The translations under genes and the position numbers were made by a program. 64,000 nt of DNA from an uncultured bacterium (GTDB lineage Bacteria; Krumholzibacteriota; Krumholzibacteriia; LZORAL124-64-63): contig CAVSZB010000002.1 in the NCBI GenBank assembly GCA_963732385.1, forward strand, positions 96,001 to 160,000. Direction: 5' to 3'. Of the stretch, positions 27,988 to 36,606 are shown piece after piece. The notes under the pieces were generated by a model, which was not told where the DNA came from, searched no databases, and saw only the letters and a program-made list of their open reading frames with translations. Numbering within the stretch: position 1 is the stretch's first letter; each line of letters opens with the position of its first letter.

Positions 27988-30833
27988 TTCAGGTTTCCTG
28001 GGTAATTCCTGGGGTCGCGGCTGAAGCCGCTCCTACGGCCGCTCCTACGGCCGCTCCTACGGCCGCGTCCGATGTATTTTTCGAAATTCACCGTGTGGTC
28101 GTGATAGGTCTGGTTGGGTACGTAATCGGGCGTACGGTAACCGATATGCCCGTAGTCGCCGACCAGTGAGGTGGGCTTCAGGAGACCACCGGTCGGAATC
28201 ACGCCGCTGAAGTTCTGCCGGCCGCGGAACATCATCGGGTCCCAGCCATGGAACATGAACATCTGGCCCGGCTGCATGCTGGAACTGACGTGGGCCATGG
28301 CGATGAATGCCCCCAGCTTGTTGAAAGTCCGGATCAGGTCGCCATCTTTCACCCCGCGCGCTGCGGCATCGTCCGGATTGACGTACACATCCGGCTCGCC
28401 GCGCTGCAGGCTCACCAGCAAGGCATCGTCGCGCCACATGCTGTGCACGCCGTGCCGCGCGTGGCCCATGGTCAGGCGCAGGGGATAGCCCTTGATGGCC
28501 AGCGGATCGACGTAGACCGGCAGCTCCTCGCCTTCCTGCAGGAACCAGTCGTGGTCCATGTAGAACTGCTGCCGGCCGGTCAGCGTGGCATAGGGCTTCT
28601 TGTCGCGGGTACTGGCAAGGATCTGGTAGCTGTAGGGCGCACCGGGGCCGAACTGCACATCAGCCGAATCCTCGACGCGGATGAAGCCCTTGCTGGCCAG
28701 TTCCTCGAAAGTGACCTTGGGGATGCCTGCCGAGTTGTCGAGCAGGAACTGCGCGAGATCGCGCGAATTGGTGATCTTGCCGTTGAGCGTGAACAACTCA
28801 TGCAGCCGCGCGTAATCGTGGGTGATGGGCTGGCCAAATACCACATCCTTGATTGGCGGCAGCTGACGCGCCCTGGCCTTGGCGCTGATGGACTTTGCCA
28901 GGCGCTCCATGATCGTCCAGTCATCCGCCGACTCGCCGAGCGGCGGCACGGCCTGGTCGAGCACCTGCACATAGGGCGTACGGCCTTCCTGGACAAAATC
29001 GCGTCGCTCATAGTGCTGAGCGACCGGCAGGACATAGTCGGAATACATCGCCGTGACGCTCATGTCGGGCGTCATGGTGACGATCGTTTCGAGCTTTGCC
29101 AGCACGGTTTTGCGGAAGCGCGTACCCGCCGCACGCCAGTTGGCCGTGTTGTGGCCCGCCATGATCGCCATCTTCCAGGGCGTCTTGCTGTAATCGGGCA
29201 ACCAGCCGTTCTTGATGGACTGCTGATAGTGGGTATCGATGTGATTGGCGAATTCGTCGCCATATACCTGGGCATTGAGCCCCTTGCCGTCGGCCTTGGC
29301 ATAGTCCCACACGGAGATCGCGGCGACTTTCAGGCGCGGACCCACACCTTCAAAGACGAACTTCAGCAGGCCGTCGGCCTTGCCGAGCTGCGTGGTCTGC
29401 ATGCCGCCACCAGGGCGCCCCGTATCGCCGGTGAGCGCACACATCAGCAGCCAGGCCCGATGCAGCTTGTCGCCATGCAGCCATTTGCAGGAACGGTAGC
29501 CGGCGTAAATCATGCCAGCGCCGGATTTGGCAAAGCTGCGCGCGATGGTGCGGATATTGTCGGCGTGCACGCCGGTGATCTGCTGCGCCTTTTCGGGCGT
29601 GTAGTCACGATTGCAGAGCTGGCGCGTCAGTTCAAAGACAGTGGTGACCTCGACCTTGCCCTGCGGCGTCTTGATCTTCCAGCGGCCTTCAAGCGCCGGC
29701 TTCAGGCCATTGAGCGCCAGGGTTTCCGGCTCACGCGGCACCTGCGGTGCCGCCGGATGCTGGCCATAGCCGGTGGCGGGCGCCTTTACCGGCTTGCGGG
29801 TGGCCTCGTCCCAGAAATAGAAAACGCTGTCGGCACGCTCGCCGGTTTCGCCGAAGTCGCTGGCACGCAGGAACTTCTGGTTGTCGGTGCGCACGAGGAA
29901 CGGCAGATCGGTCTGCTCGCGGATGTAGTCCCAGTCGATCAGGCGGTCGGCGATGATGGTCTGCGCCATCGCCATCGCCAGTGCCGTATCCGTGCCGGGT
30001 TTCGGATTCAGCCACTTCGAGGCGTGGATTGCCGAGGCGCTGAACTCCGGCGAAATGACCACCACTTCAGTGCCGTTGTACTTCGCTTCCCAGAAAAAAT
30101 GTGCATCGGGAATGCGCGTCGCGGCCGGGTTTGCCGCCCATACCAGGCAGCACTTTGATTTGTAGATTGCTGCCATGTTGTCGCCCGGCAATTCGTAGCC
30201 CAGCGTCATGTAGGCGCCGACCGGCAGGTCGCCGACGCCGGCGAAGGTCTCCGGCACGACGATGCCGGTGGCATTGGCGAAACGGAACATCGCGGTGAAA
30301 GATGCCTTTTTCAGGATCATCTGCGTGCCCATCGCGAAGGTGACCGAATCCGGGCCGGACTCTGTCGCGTGCTCGATGATCTTGTCGGAAATCTCGCTGA
30401 CCGCCTGGTCCCAGCCGATGCGCTCCCACTTGCCGGCACCGCGCTCGCCCACCCGTTTCATCGGGTAGAGCACACGCTGCTTGCCGTACATGTATTTGGA
30501 GTGGCGCATGCCCTTCTGGCAGCCACGCGGCCCGTAATCGGGCGTGTTCTCGTCACCGGAGCGGCCGTACTCGCCCTGCTGCTCTTCGCGCCAGACGATG
30601 CCGTTCTTGACGTATACGTTGAAGGCACAGTGCCCGGTGCAGTTGATGCCGCGACTGCCGCGCACGACCCGGTCCCAGGTCCACTTCTTGCGCATCAGGT
30701 CTTCCCAGACCCCGTACACAGGCTGCGCAGCGGCGGCCATGGCGTCACCGGGCACCATGTACTTGAGCGAGAGGGCTGCCGCCGCGACACCGGAATGTTT
30801 GAGGAACGTTCTTCTGTCAGTGGTCGCCGTCAT
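27963..30833 (-). CDS. Type II DMSO-reductase family molybdopterin alpha subunit, Tat-exported (Ser/Ddh/Clr/Ebd/S25d group); true 3' end probably near 28060
   Basis: TDRRTFLK Tat motif, WTWDRVV, NCTGHC, PRGCQKG, GDLP (Asp Mo ligand), TRIPDAHFFWEAKYNG, TLTGRQQFY, HARHGVHS. Confidence 0.9.
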   Translation of the reverse strand: MTATTDRRTFLKHSGVAAAALSLKYMVPGDAMAAAAQPVYGVWEDLMRKKWTWDRVVRGSRGINCTGHCAFNVYVKNGIVWREEQQGEYGRSGDENTPDYGPRGCQKGMRHSKYMYGKQRVLYPMKRVGERGAGKWERIGWDQAVSEISDKIIEHATESGPDSVTFAMGTQMILKKASFTAMFRFANATGIVVPETFAGVGDLPVGAYMTLGYELPGDNMAAIYKSKCCLVWAANPAATRIPDAHFFWEAKYNGTEVVVISPEFSASAIHASKWLNPKPGTDTALAMAMAQTIIADRLIDWDYIREQTDLPFLVRTDNQKFLRASDFGETGERADSVFYFWDEATRKPVKAPATGYGQHPAAPQVPREPETLALNGLKPALEGRWKIKTPQGKVEVTTVFELTRQLCNRDYTPEKAQQITGVHADNIRTIARSFAKSGAGMIYAGYRSCKWLHGDKLHRAWLLMCALTGDTGRPGGGMQTTQLGKADGLLKFVFEGVGPRLKVAAISVWDYAKADGKGLNAQVYGDEFANHIDTHYQQSIKNGWLPDYSKTPWKMAIMAGHNTANWRAAGTRFRKTVLAKLETIVTMTPDMSVTAMYSDYVLPVAQHYERRDFVQEGRTPYVQVLDQAVPPLGESADDWTIMERLAKSISAKARARQLPPIKDVVFGQPITHDYARLHELFTLNGKITNSRDLAQFLLDNSAGIPKVTFEELASKGFIRVEDSADVQFGPGAPYSYQILASTRDKKPYATLTGRQQFYMDHDWFLQEGEELPVYVDPLAIKGYPLRLTMGHARHGVHSMWRDDALLVSLQRGEPDVYVNPDDAAARGVKDGDLIRTFNKLGAFIAMAHVSSSMQPGQMFMFHGWDPMMFRGRQNFSGVIPTGGLLKPTSLVGDYGHIGYRTPDYVPNQTYHDHTVNFEKYIGRGRRSGRRSGRRSGFSRDPRNYPGNLKCPDKLQW
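28015..28060 (-). repeat. Single GTAG REP plus two 12-bp truncated tandem copies
   Basis: TCGCGGCTGAAGCCGCTCCTAC followed by GGCCGCTCCTAC x2. Confidence 0.85.
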
Positions 30834-30892
30834 TGGTCGCGCTCCCGCCCCGATACCAGGTCACCGATCATAAAGTATCGAAGCTGTATGTG

Positions 30893-31996
30893 TTACAGCA
30901 AACCCGACTTCACCAGCCGCTCGATATTCGCCTCCTGCCGGCGCCGGAATACATCGCGGCTCGGCGGCTCCACGACCTTGCCATCCTGTAGCAGGAAATT
31001 CGGCTGGTGGTACTGCGCCCTGGCATAGGTGCTGGCATAGATGTCAAAGGGCTGACGCGACATCACGTTGGACATCGCGGTGCGACGCCGCGTGCGCCGC
31101 AAGGCGCCGATATCGATCACGGCATTGGAATTGAAGGCCTCGCCGCCCTGCGCGGCCTCGGCCAGCACGTGGCCGTTGAAGTCCACGATCTTCGACATCG
31201 CACTGCAGGTATAGGCCGGGATCGGCGTGTCGTCGATGCTCGCGCTGTTGGCCGCAACCACGAACACCTGGTTCTCGATGGCCCGCGCCCGCCGGCAGAC
31301 TTCCTTGATCGTGAGTTCCGCACTGCCCGGCTCGCTGGTCGGGTGGAGGATCACTTCGGCACCACGCAGCGCGAGGCAGCGCGTGATCTCCGGGTAGAGG
31401 ATTTCCTCGGAAGCGATGGTGCCAAGGTTGCCGATCTCGGTCTTTGCAACCGGGAACACGCTCTCCTCACCGTAGATGCCCAGGTACTTGTCCCAGACAT
31501 CGTGCGGGGTCGGCTCAAAGCAGGAGGTGAGGCGGCGATAACGCAGAATCACATTGCCGTTCGGGCCGATGATGAAGCAGGTCTGGAAATACAGCTCCGG
31601 GAAGTGCGGATCGATTTCATACACGTTGCCGGACAGGTACAGGTTGTTGGCCTGGGCGATCTTGCCGAGCGCCTCGTACTCCGGACCGTTCTGCTCCAGG
31701 CAGGCACGGTCACGCCACTCCTGCACCGACTCGCGCATCGGGAAGCCGGTCAGGGTGTACTCGGGCAGGGCCACCAGCCTGACAGGCAGACCATAAAAGA
31801 AACGCAGGAAGTTGGCCGCGGTGGTGGTGAACTCGCCGATGCGCCGGATGTTCTCGTCGATCTTCGCGCGGGATGATGCCCGGTCCGTACACCGATTGAC
31901 GCCCTTGACTGAAACCTGGAGCGCAACGCCGATGAATTCCGGTCCGTCCTGCGTGCCGCTGGCCGGTGCCACACCAGCCTGATGATGATCCGCCAT
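30893..31996 (-). CDS. Nitrilase-superfamily (CN-hydrolase) protein with a non-canonical active site
   Basis: LVALPEY, YFQTCFIIGPNGNVILRYRRL, FPVAKTEIGNLGTIASEEILYPE, ARAIENQVFVVAAN. Confidence 0.85.
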   Translation of the reverse strand: MADHHQAGVAPASGTQDGPEFIGVALQVSVKGVNRCTDRASSRAKIDENIRRIGEFTTTAANFLRFFYGLPVRLVALPEYTLTGFPMRESVQEWRDRACLEQNGPEYEALGKIAQANNLYLSGNVYEIDPHFPELYFQTCFIIGPNGNVILRYRRLTSCFEPTPHDVWDKYLGIYGEESVFPVAKTEIGNLGTIASEEILYPEITRCLALRGAEVILHPTSEPGSAELTIKEVCRRARAIENQVFVVAANSASIDDTPIPAYTCSAMSKIVDFNGHVLAEAAQGGEAFNSNAVIDIGALRRTRRRTAMSNVMSRQPFDIYASTYARAQYHQPNFLLQDGKVVEPPSRDVFRRRQEANIERLVKSGLL

Positions 31997-32156
31997 GTCG
32001 TATCCTGCTTATTGTTCCGGGAGAGCGCAGTATAGGCGCTACCCCTGAAACGGGGCGCTCGCCGAGTTGCCGGGAACCATGTGATGGACGGCCCACCCCG
32101 GAGTCAGGCAAGCGACATGCCGGCGGAGCAGGATCAGCGTGAGGAGGTTACAGGCC

Positions 32157-32907
32157 ATGCCCAGTCAACCCGCAAATCCACCCGGGTGGAACCGCCCCAA
32201 CATGATCCCGACGCTGAATGGCACGGGCTTCATGTTCGAGGTCCGCGACACCTTCACCAATGATTTCATCAGCCATGCCGGCCGGAGCAGCCACCCGGTT
32301 CTGGAACTTGGCTGCGCCTACGGCGTGGCGAGCATTCCGGCGCTGGAGGCCGGCGCAAGGGTGGTCGCCTCCGACATGGAGCCGCAGCACCTCGAGATCC
32401 TCAAAAGCAAGGTGCCGCCGCATCTGCTCGACCAGCTCGACGCTGGTCGTGGCCACTCTCCCGCAGGCGGAATTTCCAGCAGGCGCCTTTGGCGCAATCC
32501 TCTGTTCACGCGTCCTGCATTTTCTCGACGGTGACGATATCGATACCTCGGTGGGCAAGATGGCGCAGTGGCTGGCGCCCGGTGGTCGTCTCTATCTGAT
32601 CGCCGACACGCCCTATGGCATCTGGCGCAAGAAAATCGCCGAGTTCGAGGCGGGCAAGGCTGCAGGCATGCGCTGGCCGGGCATGATGATCGGGCTGCAT
32701 AACTACCTCACCGCCGAGCCGCCACCGAAACCGATCGACAAACCGCCATTCATGAACGTGCTTGATCCGGAGCTGATGGCCAGAAGCTGTACCGAAGCAG
32801 GCCTGGAAGTTGTGGAAGCCGCCTTCATTCCGCGGCCCGACTTCGGCGGGTTCGGACAGATGGACGGCCGTGAAAATGCCGGGGTGGTGGCCGTCAAACC
32901 GGGCTGA
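32157..32907 (+). CDS. Class I SAM-dependent methyltransferase; frameshift near 32440
   Basis: GAGGAGG RBS; VLELGCAYG motif I; continues as AILCSRVLHFL...LAPGGRLYL in the next frame. Confidence 0.85.
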
Positions 32908-32933
32908 TATCGTGACTGCAGGGGGACTGACGG

Positions 32934-35393
32934 ATGCACATCGCCTTTTTATGCCGCGCGGCGAGCGTGGCAGGGTTTGCCGTGGCATGCCTGCTTTTCG
33001 CGACGCCACCAGTATCGGCAGACGACGAAGTCAGCGAGATCATCGTCACCGCCCGCAAGCGCGAAGAGCGGCTGCAGGAAGTACCGCTGTCGATCACCGC
33101 GTTCGATGCCGACGCGCTCAAGGACCGCAATATCCAGTCGGTCTACGATGTCGCCACCTTCACGCCGAATTTCAGTTTCAGCCGCAACGTGGTCGGCCGG
33201 CGCCTCGATGCACCGAGCATCCGCGGGCAGTTTTCACCGCTGAACAACTTCGGCTCGGAAGGCAACGTGGCCTTCTTCGTGGATGGCGTGTACATCAGCG
33301 GCACCTCCAGCAGCCTGACGGCTGACAACATCGAGCGCATCGAAGTCCTGCGCGGACCGCAGGCTGCACAGTTCGGCCGCGCGGCCTTTTCCGGTGCCGT
33401 CAATTACGTGACCCGCACACCCACCAACGAGATCGAGGGACAGGTTTACCTGAAAGGCGGCGAAGACAGCGACTACAAGACCTCGGCCTGGCTCAGCGGC
33501 CCCCTGATCGAGGACAAGCTGCTGTTTTTCACCTCGGCCAGCTGGGAGTCGGTGGACGGCCAGTGGCAGAACTCCATGAATCCGTCGAACATCTGCGGAC
33601 CGGGCGAGACTTTTTCCGACGGTTGCCTGGTGATGAGCCCGCGCTACCAGCTGGGTTGGCCGGAGGGACAGCCGCCCTCGATGCAGATGGACGATTACAC
33701 GCAGCTCGGTGGCGAAAGTACCTGGAACGTCACCGGCAAGCTGACCTGGAACGCCAGCGACGCACTGCAGTTCAACGTGAAGGCCGAGTACACCGAAACC
33801 GACGACGAACACTACGCCTCGCTGTTTCAGCCGGACCTCGACTGCTACACACCCGGCGGTGCGGCCTGCGAGATCACCGCCGACGGGCTGCGCGCCGTGA
33901 TGAATATCGCCGACTTGCGCGAAGGCGCCACGTCGGGATCCTTCGGCACGACCGAGGGCGACGATTTCGTACCCAGCACGGCCCGGCCTGCACCCTTCCT
34001 CGGCACCCGCAGTGAAACCCGGCGCTATCTCGCCGAAGGCATCTACACCATCGATGACTGGGAAATCGCGGCACGCGCCACGCTTAATCACCAGAGCCTC
34101 GAAAGCTACAAGGACCTCGACCGTTCACCGTACTGGGGTCCGCTGTTCGCCGGTGTGTTCCAGTCCGGTGAGCTGCAGCGCTGGAGCGACCACTCCTATG
34201 AGGCACGGGTCACCTCGCCGCAGGATCAGCCGCTCCGGACCACGGCCGGCGTCTACTATTTCCGTGCCGACAACACCTCCTACCAGCGTGAATTCACCGG
34301 CTTCTGCAACCGGCTTGAATACGGCATGCCGGAAATCAACGGCCAGCGCTCCTGGACGCTGAATGCCGACAAGGAGAACAAGGCGGTCTTCGGCGGTGTG
34401 GCCTATGACATTAAGGAAGACGTCACGCTGGAAGTGGAAGGCCGCTATGCCAAGGACTCACCGACCCAGCACGCGGCGAACGGCATCAGCGCATCGACCA
34501 GCTATTACAGCTTCACGCCCCGGGCAACGCTCACCTGGAAGCCCACCGAAGACCTCAACCTGTACGGCCTGGTCGCCAAAGGCAACAAGCCCGGCGGTTA
34601 TTTCTTCGGCTATTTCGACGCTCCGATAACACCCACCGGCCCCGGCAGCACCACCGAGGCCATCGAGAACGGCGATGCCGTCATCAAGGAGGAGAACGCC
34701 TGGACCTACGAAATGGGCGCCAAGACCCAGTGGCTGGACCGTCGGCTGACCGCCAACATATCGGTGTTCTATATCGACTGGTCCGACCAGGCGATCAACG
34801 AAGTACGCAACATCCAGTGGGCCTGTGCAGACACGGGCAACACGGCACAGGTACCCAATAACGTCATCCGCAATGTCGGACAGTCCACAGTGATCGGCAG
34901 CGAAGTGGAACTGGCCCTGGCTGCTACAGACAATCTGCGTCTGGCCGTGAATTACGGCCTCGCCTCCACGGAACTGAAGGACTACGAGTCGGTGATCGAC
35001 CAGACCAGCGGGGTAATCGTCGATGCCGAAGGCAAGGAAGCCCCGCGCGTACCCAAGCACACGGTGACGACATCAGCCACCTGGACCCGCCCCTTCGGTG
35101 ACCGCGGTGCCAGCTGGTTTCTGCGCGGCGACTACGTGTACAACTCGAAGACCTGGCTGGAGGCCGACAACATCGTCTATGTGGGCGCACTCAACCTCGT
35201 CAACACCCGCTTCGGCATCGAGTCAGACCAGTGGACGGCAACCTTTTACATCGACAACCTGACCGACGACGACACGCCGACACTGGCCACGCAATTCCCG
35301 AACTTCAACAACTTCCCCGGCGTGACCACCGCCTTCCACGTCGTACCCCGGCGCGGCAAAAACGCCGGGCTCACGCTGCTGCACCGTTTCTAG
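32934..35393 (+). CDS. TonB-dependent receptor
   Basis: EIIVTARKREERLQEVPLSITAF, IERIEVLRGPQ...GAVNYVT plug motifs, C-terminal Phe. Confidence 0.95.
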   Translation: MHIAFLCRAASVAGFAVACLLFATPPVSADDEVSEIIVTARKREERLQEVPLSITAFDADALKDRNIQSVYDVATFTPNFSFSRNVVGRRLDAPSIRGQFSPLNNFGSEGNVAFFVDGVYISGTSSSLTADNIERIEVLRGPQAAQFGRAAFSGAVNYVTRTPTNEIEGQVYLKGGEDSDYKTSAWLSGPLIEDKLLFFTSASWESVDGQWQNSMNPSNICGPGETFSDGCLVMSPRYQLGWPEGQPPSMQMDDYTQLGGESTWNVTGKLTWNASDALQFNVKAEYTETDDEHYASLFQPDLDCYTPGGAACEITADGLRAVMNIADLREGATSGSFGTTEGDDFVPSTARPAPFLGTRSETRRYLAEGIYTIDDWEIAARATLNHQSLESYKDLDRSPYWGPLFAGVFQSGELQRWSDHSYEARVTSPQDQPLRTTAGVYYFRADNTSYQREFTGFCNRLEYGMPEINGQRSWTLNADKENKAVFGGVAYDIKEDVTLEVEGRYAKDSPTQHAANGISASTSYYSFTPRATLTWKPTEDLNLYGLVAKGNKPGGYFFGYFDAPITPTGPGSTTEAIENGDAVIKEENAWTYEMGAKTQWLDRRLTANISVFYIDWSDQAINEVRNIQWACADTGNTAQVPNNVIRNVGQSTVIGSEVELALAATDNLRLAVNYGLASTELKDYESVIDQTSGVIVDAEGKEAPRVPKHTVTTSATWTRPFGDRGASWFLRGDYVYNSKTWLEADNIVYVGALNLVNTRFGIESDQWTATFYIDNLTDDDTPTLATQFPNFNNFPGVTTAFHVVPRRGKNAGLTLLHRF

Positions 35394-35404
35394 CCAGAGC
35401 GGCC

Positions 35405-35482
35405 GTAGGAGCGGCTTCAGCCGCGATCTCGGCTGAATCGCGGCTGAAGCCGCTCCTACGGCCGCTCCTACGCCGCTCCTGC
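35405..35482. repeat. Perfect inverted GTAG REP doublet (REPIN-like) plus truncated tandem copies
   Basis: GTAGGAGCGGCTTCAGCCGCGA-11 nt-TCGCGGCTGAAGCCGCTCCTAC, then GGCCGCTCCTAC and GCCGCTCCTGC. Confidence 0.9.
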
Positions 35483-36481
35483 GGCCGGGTTTTCCGGCGG
35501 CACTTCGGCGGCATAGGCTTCCCAGGTGCCGCGGGGCATGACCTGTGGCCAGTGATCAGGGACCTGCAGATAGTCCGGCGCATTCTTCTCGATATAGGCC
35601 AGAACCTTGGGCGGAATGTCGCCCGGGCCCTTGAGCCCCTTGTGACTGAACATCCGGCCGAACAGCACGCCGGATTCGGCAAACTCGTGGCCACCCATCT
35701 GCATCCACGGCCACCACTGCGAGACGCGCGAGAAGCCCGCGATGAATCGACTCGACGGCGCGCTGCGATCCTGCATCTCGCTGAGCGACATGCTGAACGT
35801 GAAATGCTCCGAGGGACTGATGCGCGGACCGGTACAGGCCTTGGGCCAGCGCTCGGCATTGACCGGATTGGTGTACTCGTGCGCATAGTCCCAGGCGAGC
35901 ATCAGGTCATCGCCGTAGGTCTCGAAGGGCAGCACGAAGGGCACCTTGCCTGCCATGTTCCGTTGCGTGCCGTCATTCATCAGCGTGGCATCGTCTTTCG
36001 CGGCACCCATCGCAAAGCGCGGCATTTCGGCCGTCAGCTTGCCGCCCATGTTCGGGTTGTAGAAATTGAAAACCTTGACGGTCTCGCCGGTGAACGGGTT
36101 CTTCCAGGTATCAAGGATGTCGCCGGTGGCGAGGTCGGTGAAATAACCGGTCTCCTTGCCGCGGATCCAGCAATTGCCGTCGCTGTCGATCTTCGACTGC
36201 ATGACGCCGGTGCCGGTGTAACCGAACAGCGGCATGGCCCGCTTCGCACCGATGCGCGCATACATCAGGCCGTGAAAGCCGCTGAGCACCGGTTCGTCGT
36301 AACCGCCCCAGATCTTGCCGAAGGCATACAGGTTGTCACGCGGATCGTTGAAATCCAGCGGCTTGCCGGCGGCGGCCTGCACCTGCTTGCCAACCGCCAT
36401 GAGTCCGACGCCCGTGGCGGCGAGCGCGGCGAGCGCGGAGCGGCGGTTGACGAACAGACCATTGACCAGTTCAGAAGTCAT
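35468..36481 (-). CDS. DUF1838 family protein (second paralog), Tat-exported
   Basis: VNRRSAL leader; LDFNDPRDNLYAFGK, TGDILDTWKNPFTGETVKV, RVSQWWPWMQMG. Confidence 0.75.
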   Translation of the reverse strand: MTSELVNGLFVNRRSALAALAATGVGLMAVGKQVQAAAGKPLDFNDPRDNLYAFGKIWGGYDEPVLSGFHGLMYARIGAKRAMPLFGYTGTGVMQSKIDSDGNCWIRGKETGYFTDLATGDILDTWKNPFTGETVKVFNFYNPNMGGKLTAEMPRFAMGAAKDDATLMNDGTQRNMAGKVPFVLPFETYGDDLMLAWDYAHEYTNPVNAERWPKACTGPRISPSEHFTFSMSLSEMQDRSAPSSRFIAGFSRVSQWWPWMQMGGHEFAESGVLFGRMFSHKGLKGPGDIPPKVLAYIEKNAPDYLQVPDHWPQVMPRGTWEAYAAEVPPENPAAGAA

Positions 36482-36606
36482 CGCGTCACTCCCCGGTAGA
36501 ACCAGGCTGCATTTAAACCTAATACGGCGTGGGGCAATAGCACTGCAGCCCGCGAAACGTGACGCATTGCGGGGCCGGTTCGCCCTGCGGTTGCTAGATT
36601 CGGCGC

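Noticed and set aside
26974..30833. Respiratory nitrate reductase narGH
   Set aside because: The alpha (~930-950 aa) and beta (337 aa) subunits are much shorter than NarG/NarH, the alpha has a Tat leader, and narJ/narI are absent.
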